Shown here one piece after another: positions 1 to 13,510 of a stretch of DNA of 64,000 bases. A program made the position numbers and the translations under genes. The DNA comes from Chiloscyllium plagiosum (lineage: Eukaryota), in NCBI RefSeq assembly GCF_004010195.1, contig NC_057721.1, positions 52,081,261-52,145,260 on the forward strand, in the 5' to 3' direction. Within the stretch, counting starts at the first letter, position 1; every line of letters begins with the position of its first letter. The notes under the pieces were generated by a model. It had not been told where the DNA came from. It saw only the letters and a list, made by a program, of their open reading frames with translations, and made no database searches.

Positions 1-344
1 AAGGATGAGGGGTGACTTGATAGAGGTTTATAAGATGATCGGGGAATAGATATAGTAGACAGTCAGAGACTTTTTCCCCAGGTACAACAGAGTGTTACAA
101 GGGGACATAAATTTAAGGTGAAAGGTGGAAGGTATGGGGGATGTCAGGGGTAGGTTCTTTACCCAGAGAGTGGTGGGACATGGAATGCGCTGCCTGTGGG
201 AGTGGCAGAGTCAGAATCATTGGTGACCTTTAAGCGGCAATTGGATAGGTACATGGATAGGTGCTTAAGCTAGGACAAATGTTCGGCACAACATCGTGGG
301 CCGAAGGCCTGTTCTGTGCTGTATTGTTCTATGTTCTATGTTCT
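1..344 (+). mobile_element. CR1-clade LINE 3' end
   Basis: Typical CR1 ORF2 C-terminus (FFTQRVVGTWNALP) followed by a 3' UTR and a (TTCTATG)n tail. Confidence 0.85.
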
Positions 345-346
345 GA

Positions 347-516
347 GTCGAGAGTGTGGTGCTGGAAAAGCACAGCAGGTCAGGCAGCATCCGAGGAGCA
401 GGAGAATCAACATTTCGGGGATAAGCGTGATGAAGGCCTTATGCCTGAAACATCAATTCTCCTGCTCCTCAGATGTTGCCTGACCTGCTGTGCTTTTCCA
501 GCACCACACTCTCGAC
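347..516. mobile_element. Palindromic (hairpin) Penelope-derived non-autonomous element
   Basis: GTCGAGAGTGTGGTGCTGGAAAAGCACAGC... at the left is mirrored by ...GCTGTGCTTTTCCAGCACCACACTCTCGAC at the right; the same family recurs at 6758, 9529 and 23997. Confidence 0.75.
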
Positions 517-539
517 AATTAATCTTTCCTGTCAGGCAC

Positions 540-2830
540 AAAGGAAAAGTGGCTTGACCGTAGTTTACAAAATAAATTAGAGATAGTATTACGTCCAAAG
601 AGGAGACATATAAAAGTGCCAAAAAAAAGCAGCAAGCCTGATAATGAGAGCATTTCTGAAATTAGCTAAATTTGATCAAGAGGTGGAAAATAGAGTATGA
701 GAGGAAAATTCCAGAGAATGGAGAAACTGATCATAAAAGCTCCTATAAATATCTGAAGAGAAAAAGATGAGTTAAAAACAAATGTAGATCTTTTACAGTG
801 AGGAAACAAAGAAATAGCAGAAGAACAAAACACATACTGTATTTCTGTTTTCACAAAAGAGGGCACAAATAACCTTCCAGAAACGTTAGGAAACCAGGGG
901 TCTAGTGAGAGGACAGAATTGAAGGAAATCAGTATTAGTAAGAAGATCGTGATGAGGGAATTATGCGGTTGAAGGCTGACAAACCATTTGAGCCTTATAA
1001 TCTATATCCCACAGTAGAAAAGGAAGTTGCCCTGAAAATATTGGATACATTGATGGTCATCTTCCAACATTCTGTACACTCTGGAACAGTCCTTACAGAT
1101 TTGATTTACTATTTAAAAATGAAGGAAGAGAAAATACCCAGATAATTACAGACCCATTAGCTTAACATTAGAAATGGGAAAAATGCTAGTGTCTATGACA
1201 AAAGACATGATAGCAGAAATTTGGAAAGATTGGACAAAGTCAGCATGGGTTTATGAAAGTCAAATCATACTTTTCAAACTAATAGCATCATAGAATCACT
1301 ACAGTGTGGAAGCAGGCCATTCTGCCCATTGAGTTCACACAGACCCGTTGAAGGCATCCCACTCAGATCCCCACCACCACCACTACCACACCACCAATTT
1401 CCCCCTCCCCCACCCCCCCACAGCTAATCCACTTGATCTACACATCCCTGAACACTCTTGGCAATTTACCATGGACAATCCACCTTACCTATACAACTTT
1501 GGACTGTGGGAGTAAACTGGAGTACCCAGAGGAAATCCACAGGATATGACGAGAACATGGGCAGCACAGTTGCTCAGTACTTAGCACTGCTGCCTCACAG
1601 CTTGAAATACCCAAGTTTAATTCCAGTCTTGGGTGTATGTCTGTGTGGACTTTGCACATTCTCCCTGTGTCTGCATGGGTTTCCTCTGGGTGCTCTGGTT
1701 TCCTCCCATCGTGCAAAGATGTGCACGTTGAGTGAATTGGCCAAGTTAAATTGCCCATAGTGTTCAGGGATATGTAGGTTAGATTAGTCAGGGGAAATGT
1801 AGAGTAATAGGGTAAGGGAATGGGTCTGGGTGGGATATGCTTTGGAGGGTTGGTGTAGACTTGTTGGACCAAATGGCCTGTTTCCACACTGTAGGGAATC
1901 AGTACAAACTTCATACAGTCAGTCACACAAGGGTCACCAGTGTTTGTGAGACAGCAGTGCTAACCACCATGCCACCTATCATTGACTGGAGTTTTCTGAG
2001 GATGTAATCAATAGAATAGATAAGGGAGAATTAGTGGAGGTCACATATTTCAGTTTTCAGAAGGATTTTCATACTGTTCCTCTTATGAGGTCAGTGGGTA
2101 AAGTTAAATCTAATGTGTTGGGGGTAATCTATTGGCATGGATCAAAAATTGGGTGACAGGCAGAAAGCAAAGAAGGGGAATAAATTTTTCTGAATGGCAG
2201 GCAGTGACTAGTGGTGTACCAAAAGGATCAGTGATTAGGCTCCAGCTATTCATAGTATATATAAATGACATTCCAAGTTTCCTGATGACACAAAACTGGA
2301 TAGTATGATGAGATATGAGGAGGATGCAAGGAGGCTTCAAGGTGGGTTAGACAAATTGAGTGATTGGACAAACACATGGCAAATTAGTACAACCTGGTTA
2401 AATGTGAAATTACCAGTGTGAAAGGGAGAGTATCATTTAAGTGTGGATGTAGAAAGGAATCTGAGTGTCCTGGTACACCAGTTAATAAGGCCCGTAGCAA
2501 GGTGCAGCAAGTGTACATGAAGGCAAATATCTTACTGATGTTAGTAAGGGCTTGTTGAGATCACACCTGGAGTATTGCATGTAGCTTTTCTCTCCTTACC
2601 TAAGAAAGGATATACTTGCCACAAAGAAGGAATATAGGTTCACCAGGCTGATACCACGAATGGTAGAATGGTTCAATTGGGCTTGTATCCACCAGAGTTC
2701 AGAAGCATGAGAGGGGATCTGATTGGAATGCATTATATTCTAGCAGAGCTGGACAGACTGGATGTAGTTTAGATGTTTTCCCTGGCTGGTGAGTCTAGAA
2801 CAAGGGAGCAAACTCTCAGGATCCAAGGTA
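540..2830 (+). mobile_element. Old, degenerate CR1 LINE interrupted by nested SINEs
   Basis: Decayed CR1 RT motifs (NYRPISL, SQHGFM, VTSGVP, KFPDDTK, HLEYC) with many stops and frameshifts. Confidence 0.75.
1287..1975 (-). mobile_element. HE1-like tRNA-derived SINE (- strand) with a second + strand copy (about 1558-1897) inserted into it
   Basis: Both match the intact SINE at 34775-35068; the outer copy is split at gagaacat | gtacaaact. Confidence 0.7.
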
Positions 2831-2885
2831 GAGGGATGAGAAGAAGAAGATGCAGAATACTCACCACTGACGCAGGTTATTGAAT

Positions 2886-2976
2886 CCAAAAGAGAAAATG
2901 CTGAAAATTCTCAGCAGGTCTGTAAGGAGAGAAAAGAGCTGATGTTTCTAGTCTAACTGACCCTTTGTCAAAGCTA
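2886..2976. mobile_element. Short Penelope-derived element, single arm
   Basis: AAAATGCTGAAAATTCTCAGCAGGTC arm flanked by the direct repeat GTTATTGAAT (2876-2885 and 2977-2986). Confidence 0.55.
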
Positions 2977-3116
2977 GTTATTGAATAACCTATTATGACC
3001 TATTCTGCTAAATACCTGTGCAATTATTATTGTACCAGCCAATGGTGATCTGCTTCTCCCTTGCCTGCTGCTCTAACTGACTGGATCTCCACACTGATCC
3101 TGGTACAAAATCTAGG

Positions 3117-3941
3117 AATTGAATGGAATTTATTGTCACGTATACCGAGGCACAGTGAAAAGCTTTCTCTTGTGAGCAATACAGGCAGATCACAGAGTTA
3201 AGTAGCATAGATAAGTAGGTAAACAGCGGCAACAACAAAAACACAGGTACAGGCGAATGTTAAGAGTTTGTTAAGAGTCCATTCAGTATTCTAACAACAG
3301 TAGAGTAGAAACTGTTACGAAACCGGCTGGTGCGTGTATTCAGGCTTCTGTACCTTCTCCCCGATGGCAGAGGTTGTAGAAAAAACATTGCCAGAGTGGG
3401 ATGGATCTTTGAGAATGCTGGCGGCCTTTCCTTAACAGCGGGCCTGGTTGAAGGATTCTATAGATGGGAGGTTGGCCTTTGTGATTTTCTGGGCCAAGTT
3501 CACCACTCTCTGTAACCGTCTCCAATCTTGAATGGTACAGTTGCCATACCAGGTAGTGATACATCCAGACAGAATGCTCTCAATGGCGCACCTATAAAAA
3601 TTGGCAAGGGTATTCACTGTCATGGCAAATTTCCTCAGCTGCCTGAGGAAGAAGAGACACTGTTGGGCTTTTGTAACCAGTGTGTCCACATGAAGAAAGC
3701 TTGTGCAGCATGACCACTCCCAGGAGCTAGACACTCTCCACTCGTTCCACCTCTGTGCTGTTAATGCATAGAGGGGTATGAGTAACATCCTGCCGAAAGT
3801 CAATAATGAGTTCCTTGATTTTGCCGGCATTGAGAGCTAGGTTGTTCTCAGTGCACCATTTTTCCAGGTCTTCCACCTCCCGTCTGTAGTCTGTTTCATT
3901 ACCATCTGAGATTCAACTATCTATAGTGGTGTCATCAGCAA
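3117..3941 (-). mobile_element. Rex1/Babar-clade LINE 3' fragment
   Basis: ORF 3432-3830 reads KAQQCLFFLRQLRK...IESILSGCITTWYGN...RLQRVV, a Rex1-type RT C-terminus; the 3' UTR has AATAAA and an ATTC tail. Confidence 0.8.
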
Positions 3942-4640
3942 GGAAAAGTACAGTGAGCAAATTGTGTTTGCACTATCATCACTGTTATAAGCAGTAGGGG
4001 TTATATATGCATAGAATGTATAGATCCAAGTTCATGTCTACTCACAATATAATAATTGTGATCTATACACCTGGATAGATATTTATAGCGTACAATGCTT
4101 ACACCAAAGCTCTATATTTCAGTGAACCCAAAAAAAGCATTTTATGAAGGAACTCAAGGCAGTCCAGAGGATACCTATTCTGGAGGGGTGGGGTGGTGGT
4201 GGGGAGTGTATTTGTGTAGTCTTCAGGGTTCTGAATGAGGAAACAAGAGGCATTATTGCCAGAAGATTTATAAACAGCATAATTTAGTATCAGAACCAAA
4301 GAATAGTAAATACCTGCACATTGCAATAAAAGAGACATATATCAGGTGATTATAAATGATTGAAGGCACCCTTCTCAGATTAATGTATCCAACAAGCCAG
4401 AATGGACTCGTGGGTTAAAAGTCCTCATCCTGTGCTGTAAATGGTTTCTCTCCAAATTATGAGTCTATTTAACAAACTCACAAATGCATGCTAAATGTGA
4501 TGTTGTTGCACTACTTAAGCTTGTCAATAAACTTCCACTTAATTTAGTACGCATTGTTGAAGACAGGGTTAATATTGAACTCTGTAGTGGTTTGAAATTG
4601 CCTGTTTAAAGACAAAAATCTTTCATCTTGAAGCTCCATT

Positions 4641-4749
4641 TGACGTATCACCATTCATTTACAAAGAAGGAAGTGTTCACAGTCGTTATTGAGAGTTACT
4701 TACCTGATTCAGCAGCATGACAAATGTCCATCCTTAACTTCACGTAAGT
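4641..4749 (+). promoter_or_regulatory. Candidate promoter and non-coding first exon of the IgSF gene
   Basis: CRE-like TGACGTA at 4641, ETS AGGAAGTG at 4668-4675 and a perfect donor CAC|GTAAGT at 4743/4744, all in unique sequence; the leader exon has an acceptor and so needs an upstream exon. Confidence 0.3.
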
Positions 4750-6757
4750 GTTTCATTTTATTGTCTTTTGTGGGTTATTGAGGGGTATTAAATATCATGA
4801 TGACAACAGAGTAGAAATCAGATTTTTATAAATGAAAGTTTATACATTTAGACAGCTTGGAAGAAAAAGACAAATTTCCAGATAAAAACTCGGTCTCGTA
4901 CACCAGTTAAGAGAAAGAAAGAGCAATGGTTAAAGCTTTCTCACTGATGTTCTAAGTACTCCAAGGAACACTTCTCCATGCCTGTATGTTTCTGTGAGAA
5001 CTGTGATTAACATTTTCATTGTCCTGTTTGACTATATCAATAAACTATTTTGGTATTTTTCATACGAACTAAGGTTTATTGAAAAACACTAAATGAGTTT
5101 GTTAATTCAATTTGAACTAATAAATAGGTTTTTTGGTGGGAAAGGGATGTCTACTGAATTTACTTTGGATTCCTATCATCATTTTGAAGAAATGAACTGC
5201 AAATGCTGAACTTCAGAAATAGTTTTGCACTCCCTTTCAGATTTCCCAGGTTGAGCAATACGTTGTAAATGTTTGACAGCTCTTGAATTGTGTTGGAACA
5301 TACTGCTTGGTTCAAAAAATGGAGCAGGATTTTAGGTTTACACACTGTAATACATTTCATATTAAAATTTAGAATTGAAAAGTTCTAAGTTCACATTTCT
5401 AATAGGAAAATCTGTATTTTGCAATAACAAGTGCTTGCAGCATGTAATTATTTACAATGATAAACAATACAAAAAAATGCATAATCCATATATACCTATT
5501 TTATTATCTCAACCTTTTGACAAACATTAAAATTACTAAAATCAATTTGCAGAGTATTTGACATGCCATGGCTGCCTACAGTTACTGAGATGTCTGCTTC
5601 CATGTGAAGATTTAAAATAAACTCCAAAATCTTTACATTTTACAATTACGTGCCTTAATGTAACTATTGAGATTCATTTTATCATTTAAATCCACAATGA
5701 AACATTTTATTTGGAGGCTACAGAATTTCACTGGCTGTGGACATAATATTTATATCCAGAGATGTGACTCTGAACTGCAGTTATATCTGACAATTTTTCA
5801 ATTAGCAATGTATATTATTTCTAGGATGAATCTGTAGCATTTAGCTAGTCCTTGAATAGAATGATTTTCAGGGTCCTAATAAAATCGACTTTGTTAATTC
5901 TCTAATTAATATAGTTGAAGAAAAGCAGAAAGACACATCTCAAAAGCTTTGTACAGTTAAAGACTTTATGAAGTGTTGCAAGGTTTTCTGTGTGTATATA
6001 AATTGGTCCTTGGAGACACAGACATGTAAACTCCAACTAGAACAATTGCTAAAATTAATATTTGCAAAGATTTCCTGAAAAGTTTAATGTTGTCGGTGCT
6101 GAGATACCCCACATAAACCCAATGGTATCAGACCCATGTTCTGCTCTCTCAATGTTGACATTGATTTTCTGACTACGTATCCTTTCCTCTACCAGGATCT
6201 ACTGCTACCTAAATAACATTGCATATTTCCACTGTGCCTTAGTTCATCTGCTGTTGCCGTGAGCAAGTCCCTGATTTTCATTGCCCCCATTAGATACTGT
6301 GTCCTGACCTGCCTAGGCTCTAGTTCTTGAATTCATGAACTAAAACTTTCTATCTCCCTGCCTTTCTTTTCTCCTGTATGACATCTTTTAAGATCAATAT
6401 TTTAACCAGCTTTTGATCACCTGTCCCAATACAGTCATTTGGCACGGTTCCAATAGGAATGTTCCACTAACTACAATTCCCTGGATAACCACAAACCAGA
6501 CACATTGTTTATCTTTTACCTTCTGTTGAGGATGATATTCCTGACTTAAAACTATTTACTTATGTTTCCTTGGTTTGTTTTCTTTCCCCTTCTTTAGTCA
6601 ACAGGGTGTTGGTAACATGCAACAATATCTCTCAGGCATCAGTCAAAAAGTGGTGCATGGAAAAGAGGTCAGCTTGACAAGTGTAGAACAGTTATTGTTC
6701 TCAGAGCATACACCTCTTTCCCTGATATCAGTAGCAATTTGGTTATTGCTTTATCTA

Positions 6758-7229
6758 GGAGAAAGTGAGGACTGCAGATGCTGGAGATCAGAGCTGAAAA
6801 TGTGTTGCTGGAAAAGTGCAGCAGGTCAGCCAGCATCCAAGGAGCAGGAGAATCGACGTTTTGGGCATGAGCCCTTCTTCAGGAATGAGGAAGGTGTGCC
6901 AAGCAGGCTAAGATAAGAGATAGGGAGGAGGGACTTGGGGGAGGGGCGTTGGAAATGCGATAGGTGGAAGGAGGCTAAGGTGAGGGTGATAGGCCGGAGT
7001 GGGGGTGGGGGCGGAGAGGTCAGGAAGAAGATTGCAGGTTAGGAAGGTGGTGCTGAGTTATCGCATTCCCAACGCCCCTCTCCCAAGTCCCTCCTCCCTA
7101 CCTCTTATCTTAGCCTGCTTGGCACACTTTTCTCATTCCTGAAGAAGGGCTCATGCCCGAAACGTCGATTCTCCTGCTCCTTGGATGCTGCCTCACCTGC
7201 TGTGCTTTTCCAGCAACACATTTTCAGCT
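6758..7229. mobile_element. Palindromic Penelope-derived element with hammerhead core motif
   Basis: About 170-bp inverted arms (about 6792-6965 and 7058-7229); CTGAAGA-AGGGC-TCAT-GCCC-GAAACGTC at 7139-7166; imperfect flanking repeat TATTGCTTTnTCTA. Confidence 0.8.
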
Positions 7230-9528
7230 ATTGCTTTCTCTATCAAACTTTAGAAAAAGTGACTTTGTTGTGTAAATCTATTAACTCTTTCTTTCTAGGA
7301 CACTCTAAAACATCTGCAAGGAAGTCAATCTACATTTTTTCAACCTCTGTCGTTGTCCATTGTTGCTGTTGTAATAAATCCCCAATAGAGGCCATTTTTT
7401 ATTGACCGCCCCGCGGATGCTTCTGGTGCGTGCCAGATAACACAAATGTAATTATATCTTCTTTTGTGGTTAGGTATCAGATTTGTTTGATAATGCTCCT
7501 ATGACGCACTTTTGGGAATTTCACAAAGTTAAAGATGCTAGACAGATGTATGTCGTTAGCACCCAAGAAACGTCAACAAGAAAATACACATATTGTACTC
7601 CCAAACAATGGGTCTGCACAATTTCACAAAGGTGCCAGACGAAAGCATTGTGACCCTGCTGCCAAATTCCAGAAGCTCTACCACAGCCAACGGCAGGATA
7701 ATCCTTTAGAGCAACCAGAACCCAAGGAGCTCCTTGTGTTGCTCAGATAGGAAGACAGGATGGATCCTCAGGAAATACAAGAATTTCACCACTGTTGTTA
7801 AAATCGCCAAAGACAGCCAAAATCCTAAGTCAGGTCCCAAATGTTTCCCATTTTCACGGGGCCAGGGTGAGTGCGGGCCTCATGGGTGTCTGTGGCTTGG
7901 GAAGGCAGCTAGTCATCTCAATGGCAAAATTAGGTTTCAGAACCTTTGGTGTCTAGAACGCAGATTGCGGAAATTAAACTGAGGTAAGAGCAGGTTTGTC
8001 CTCACAGCATTTCTTTTCCATAACCAGGATACTCCTCTGGTGAGTTAAGGAATTTTTGCAGATATGGTTCCAGAACACTCTGTCAGTGGGGATTCAGGAA
8101 TTCTTTGGGGCGTGGGAGTCAGTGTCTATTGGGGAGTAAGAGAGAGGGTTACTTTGTGGAGGAGGAATCAGGTGCTCTTTAGATTTGGAGGACGTCATGT
8201 ATAAAAGATGCACAAATTCCTTGGAGCCGTAGAACTTGTTAAAAAATGTTGCAAGAGTCGCCAATTTTTCAGATGTCTCATTTAAATGAGAGTGCTTTTC
8301 TCAACAGAGTGTAGCCTCCAATATAGGAGTCTACCTGTTCTCGAGTGCTCATGGGTTCTTGTGGATACTAGGGAAGTTGAATTGCCCACAAAGGAGTGAA
8401 AGTAGGCATTAAGTTGAGATATGGAATATGAGGGGCCATAGGTGATGAATACTGGGGAGCAGGGTGAGATGGAAGTATAAGAGTTCATAGGGAATGAGTA
8501 GAGGTCTTTGGATGGCATTGGCTGCCATTCATGGGGTATGGGGGTTGTGTGAGAGTGAGGGCTGGAGGAATGTTTTGTGCTTCATTCTTTTATTTTCATT
8601 TTTGACCATGGTGCCAGAACCCAGAGGATGGTTTTCTGGCCAGTGTGTCTCAGGCAGTGACAGCCTCCTGGGTTCTTCCCAGGTTGCCTGACCTGACTCC
8701 CAACCCAGTCAGATCCCATAGAAAAATAAGTGCAGACCGCCATTTTTACAACTCAGATTCACGGAACTGGGATTTTCCCACATCTTGCAGCCAGAAACAA
8801 AAATCAAGCCTGAGCATTTGAACTCCAGCTCCTCCATGTTGCATACTAACTGCTATGTCTTGTCAGCTTTAAAATTAGCAAAGGATAATAACATATTTTA
8901 AAGCTATAAAGGATCATGGATTTCAATCCCCAAAGCCTTGCAAACGTTTCCAGTCTCTCACTTAAAAAATAGAATTTGACATATCCAGTTACTGTCTGCC
9001 TTTACATATTCCTTTGTTAAAAAACACTGTGTCCTCTGTTTTCCCATGAGTACTGCCAAGGATTTCAGCTATTAAATATGAAAACTAATATGAATTGTGG
9101 CTCAAGGGCATAGAAGATTGCTTTCCTGTTGAATGCAATAGCGCATATGCTCTAATGTTTCTTTTACATTTTGTACCCATTGCATTTAGCAATTTATTAA
9201 AAGAGGACAATTCTGCATTTAAATGTACATTCATTTAAATTGGAACCTTGAAAAAAATATAAAAATTCTCGTAAGCTTTCCTTATTCAATTAAAGTTTAC
9301 AAATCTAGATACATTGAGTTTAATAATTAATAATTTAGTAAATTTTCATAGTTGAGTGTGCTATCTAGGATTATTTACATTGCTTATAAAGGACATTAGG
9401 CTACACAAATACAAATTGTGTTCTATAAATTTGTTGAGGATATAACTTGAAAACTTAGTGCTGTTAGTACTAAGCTGTTACAGTAAATGAACAATACTCT
9501 GGAAGTATTTGTCACCTAATTGTAATTC

Positions 9529-9725
9529 GAGAGTGTGGTGCTGGAAAAGCACAGCAGATCAGGCAGCATCCAAGCAGCAGGAGAATGGAAGCTTCGGGCA
9601 TAAGTCCTTCATCAGGAATGAAGGCTTATGCCTGAAATGTTGATTCTCCTGCTCCTCAGATGTTGCCTGACCTTTTCCAGCACCACACTCTCAACTCTGA
9701 TCTCCAGCATCTGCAATCCTCACTT
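9529..9725. mobile_element. Palindromic Penelope-derived element
   Basis: Inverted arms, with a 17-bp direct repeat TCACCTAATTGTAATTC at 9512-9528 and 9726-9742. Confidence 0.8.
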
Positions 9726-10440
9726 TCACCTAATTGTAATTCTCATGAAACACCATTACAATTAATACTTTAATTACAAAAAAAGCCTAATAAAGCACAA
9801 AATAAATTCTTGAACCTAACAAACAGCATGGAGGGTTTTCCTCCGTCAGCCCTAGTGTGCTTTCTCACACAATGTTTCACAGTTTACTTCACTACATATG
9901 CGTCTGACCTCTATGGTACTTCATGTATCAGTTCTAACCAGTGGCAGGAATACATAAGTGGACTGCCTAGAATTCTGGTGCCATACTTAAAGGCCGCTGC
10001 CCACCAGGCCAATCACTGCCAGTCATGGATTGCACTTTGCAGTACACATAATGGGAGGGAAATGAAAAAGAATAGCTCCTGAAGGCACATGGCAATACTT
10101 TGCTACTTTCCATCATCGTCTATCTGACTGACTGTCATTGTGCCTGCAGCTCCATGAGTCAGGTTACACAGGCTAGCTCTCCTTAGCACCATACCATGGT
10201 AGGATCCTGTCTAACAGTGTCATTCTTTCCCAGCATAGCATAATCTCTGCTCTTTGTTCAAAGTGGAAGCATCACGTGTTGAAAACGCTCACTTTTATTG
10301 GTCAACAGCAGAAGCAAAGAAAAAGCAAACCAAAAGAAATTGCATCTGCTTCTGGAAACAGACAGGGTCAGTTTACCTTTTAAGTAACGTCAAATTTACA
10401 GTCAATGAAAACCTGCTTCACTCAAGCCAGATCTATTCCA

Positions 10441-10750
10441 TATAGGTTGTGGATTTGGAAAGTGCTGTCTAAGGACCTTTGATGAATTTCTGCAGTGCAT
10501 CTTGTAGGTAGTACACACTGCCACTACTGAGCATTGGTGGTGGAGAGAGCGGATACTTGTGGATGTGATGCCAATCAAGTGGCTGTTTTGTCCTGAATGG
10601 TGTTGAGCTTCTCCTCTGTTGTTGGAGTTGTACCCATTTAGGCAAGTGGGGAGCATTCCATCAAACTCCGTACTTGTGTCTTGTGGATCAGTTCTGGGGA
10701 GTCAGGAGGTGAGTTAGTTGCCACAGTATTACCTCTGACCTGATCTTGTA
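10441..10750 (-). mobile_element. LINE ORF2 3' fragment (CR1/L2 superclade)
   Basis: SLHHQCSVVAVCTTYKMHC motif; related pieces at about 11250-11620, 27955-28355 and 42700-43220. Confidence 0.6.
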
Positions 10751-12782
10751 AATGTTGGGGACAAATGGCCAAGATTGAGGTCTGGAGGAGCAAGCAGGGA
10801 GCTGGAACCACCAGCTACCCATTCTGACTGTCTTGTTGGGAATTGTTGCTGTCTAGTTTCTCTTTGCCACATGAAAGAATAGGAAATTGCAAATAATTGG
10901 GGCAAGGTTAGGAGCTCATGAGACATAAAGTCATGGAATTAAGCCACTTGCCATTCCCTAGAGAGATTCTTGTCTCACAACAAAAAAAACAAGATGCTGC
11001 AGATGATAGAAATCTGAAACAAAAACAGAAACTCCGCAGATTTGGCAGTATCTGTGAAGGAAGAAATAGAGTTAACGTTTCACATCTGATATAATTCTCT
11101 TTCAGAATGGGGTTCTCATCTCAGTTAAACTCTGTTTTAAAATTGTACTTTCCTGTCTCAATGTTGAAAATCTCATTTTTCTGATCATGCCACATTTCTC
11201 CAACAGACGTGTCATTACTCATAGCGATCGGGGCTGGAACATTGTTTTTTTGTAATTCTTGCTTGGAATCGCTGGTGAGACCAATATATATTGTCCATCC
11301 CTAATTGCCGTCAAATCCAGTGGCTCACCTGGCCATTTGAGGGCAGCTAAGAGTCAATTATATTGCTGTGGGTCTCAAGTTACCTGTAAGCCAAACCAGG
11401 TAAGGACAGCAGATTTCCTTCCTTAAAGAATATTAGTGAATCCAATGTATTTGTATGACAATTGACAATATTTACATAGTTACCCTTAGACCAGCTTTTA
11501 TTTCCAGATTTTATTGAATTCAAGTTTCCTCATTTACCATGGTGAGATTCCATCTCATGTTGCTAGAACATTCGTCAGAGGCTCTGGATTACTAGTCCAG
11601 TGACATTACTCTGATGTCTGAAAGAATTTGACATTGAATGACCATACACAATGTGATTAGTAATATTCTGCTCTTTAAGCCAATGTACCAGCCAATCCAT
11701 TCATGCTATTTTGTAAACGTTTATATTTATATTTGTTACTGCTTGGTTTATGGTATTTGAGTTCTGGAGTATTGGAACTTTAGAAATTGGTGTTTTTCAT
11801 GCTGTATTGTTTCATTCTTAGATGAAGCCCAAATCCACACATTCTTCATTACTAATTGAGAAATGTGTACATGAATGGGAATTCTAATCAAAATTCAATA
11901 GGTAATTGACTCCCAGGAGAGTCTCACAGGCCCCATTGTCACCTTTGTTAACAGAAAAACTAATTGCTGCCTGACAACATGCTCCCAGGTTTGTATTAGA
12001 GATGTACTCTCCACAAATCATCACCTAACACCATAAAACACAATGTTACTCAGTGATTCTGTCAAATATCTCTTGTACTTGCACTTGTCCCTGACAATTA
12101 GAATAATGGTCCTCAGAGGGAGGTTGTATATATGTTTCATTCAATTCATCCAATATGCACAGATAATAACCAGTAAGAGGTAAAATATATAATACATGTA
12201 TGATAAATTATTGAAATAATATCACATATTTATTGAAATAAGAGCAATATACAGTAATTTTAATATCAAGACATATCATATTTACAAAAATTCCTGATTC
12301 AATCTAGTGCTATAGAATAATCTATATGTAGATTAGAATATAATAGTTCATTTCCAGAGCAATGTCTGTTTTCATTACATTGTAAAATAATTTCCATTTT
12401 ATTTACTGGCATTTATTGTATTTTATTGTGATTCTTTCTAAGTTGTCAATTCAATTAAAAGCCGCTCATTTTATTTTAAAATCTCATTATCTTAAATGCT
12501 GTCTTTCTTAGAGATAAATCAATTTATATCCAGGTTTGAAATCTGTTAAATACTTAAGTCTCAACTTTGACAGCCTTGATCTATCTTTTAAAGTTGAAAG
12601 TGAAGAGTTAGAGAAGTATATTAAAATATGCTGTTGAAGTATACCATAACAGTATAATATTGAAGTATATGATTGGAGTATACCACGTCAGTCAATCTTC
12701 ACTCCAATGTAAGAAAATCACAAAATTGTTGCCTTTAAACATTAATTGTTACCTCTGCTATAATTTCAGAATTTGTTAAATA

Positions 12783-12846
12783 ATGCTACTGTTGGGAAAT
12801 CACGGCATCCAACTTTCCATTTTAATTCATATCCTTGTCAGTGCAG
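12783..12846 (+). CDS. IgSF receptor, leader (signal peptide) exon: MLLLGNHGIQLSILIHILVSA
   Basis: Acceptor taatttcag|12770, in-frame upstream TAA at 12777, ATG at 12783, hydrophobic core ending V-S-A, and donor GCAG|GTAAGA in phase 1, matching the V exon. Confidence 0.8.
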
Positions 12847-13214
12847 GTAAGAGAGTTTATAAAATCTTCTTCCAATTCTCATTCGAAAGGTAGAAATATA
12901 TCTTTGTGCTTTTAACTCATTTAAATGTTGCTTCAGAATTGCAGGTTTAAACACACTCGATTGAAACAAAAAGCCTCAGCAGAAATTTGAAAACAATTTT
13001 TCTCTTTCAAATGCTACTTTAACCCAGTCTGTATTTCCAGCATGTTCCTCTATAATTTTGAATTTTCAGGATGGTTTTTTTTTCTCATCTGCCAAATAAT
13101 TTAAAACGGACACTGCTGTACTTCTACTGTTAAGAGAAATTACTTCAAAAGCAGACTGTAGAAACTGTTTAGATGAACTAAAAACATAGAGAGAACATGC
13201 TTTTGACCCATGAA

Positions 13215-13510
13215 CCCATTCTAGAAGAGCTTTCTTTTTGGGATGAGATTTTAAACTGAGGCTCTGTCTACTCGATGCAATAAGTACCATTACAACCTCT
13301 GAGGAGTTGTTCCCAGTTTCCTGACCAATATTCATTTTTCAATCCACATCACTAAAACATGATTAGTCATTATCTCACTGCTGTTCATGGAATCTCACTG
13401 GGTGTGAATTGCACTTCCTACAATACAACACTATTTCTTTAAGTGTTAGTACATGTTTGGGAAGTTCTGAACTTGTGAATGGCAATATATAACTGCAAGT
13501 TTTTTTCTTT
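13215..13510 (+). mobile_element. DeuSINE (SacSINE1-like) relic
   Basis: TGGGATGAGATTTTAAACTGAGG...CCAATATT...TCATTATCTCACTGCTGTT Deu-domain-like text and an ATATAACTGCAAGT tail; a related - strand copy lies at about 32470-32700. Confidence 0.55.

Noticed and set aside
347-516. Hairpins as miRNA precursors or CRISPR-like repeats
   Set aside because: They are multi-copy dispersed elements with TSDs in a eukaryotic genome and are explained as Penelope-derived repeats.
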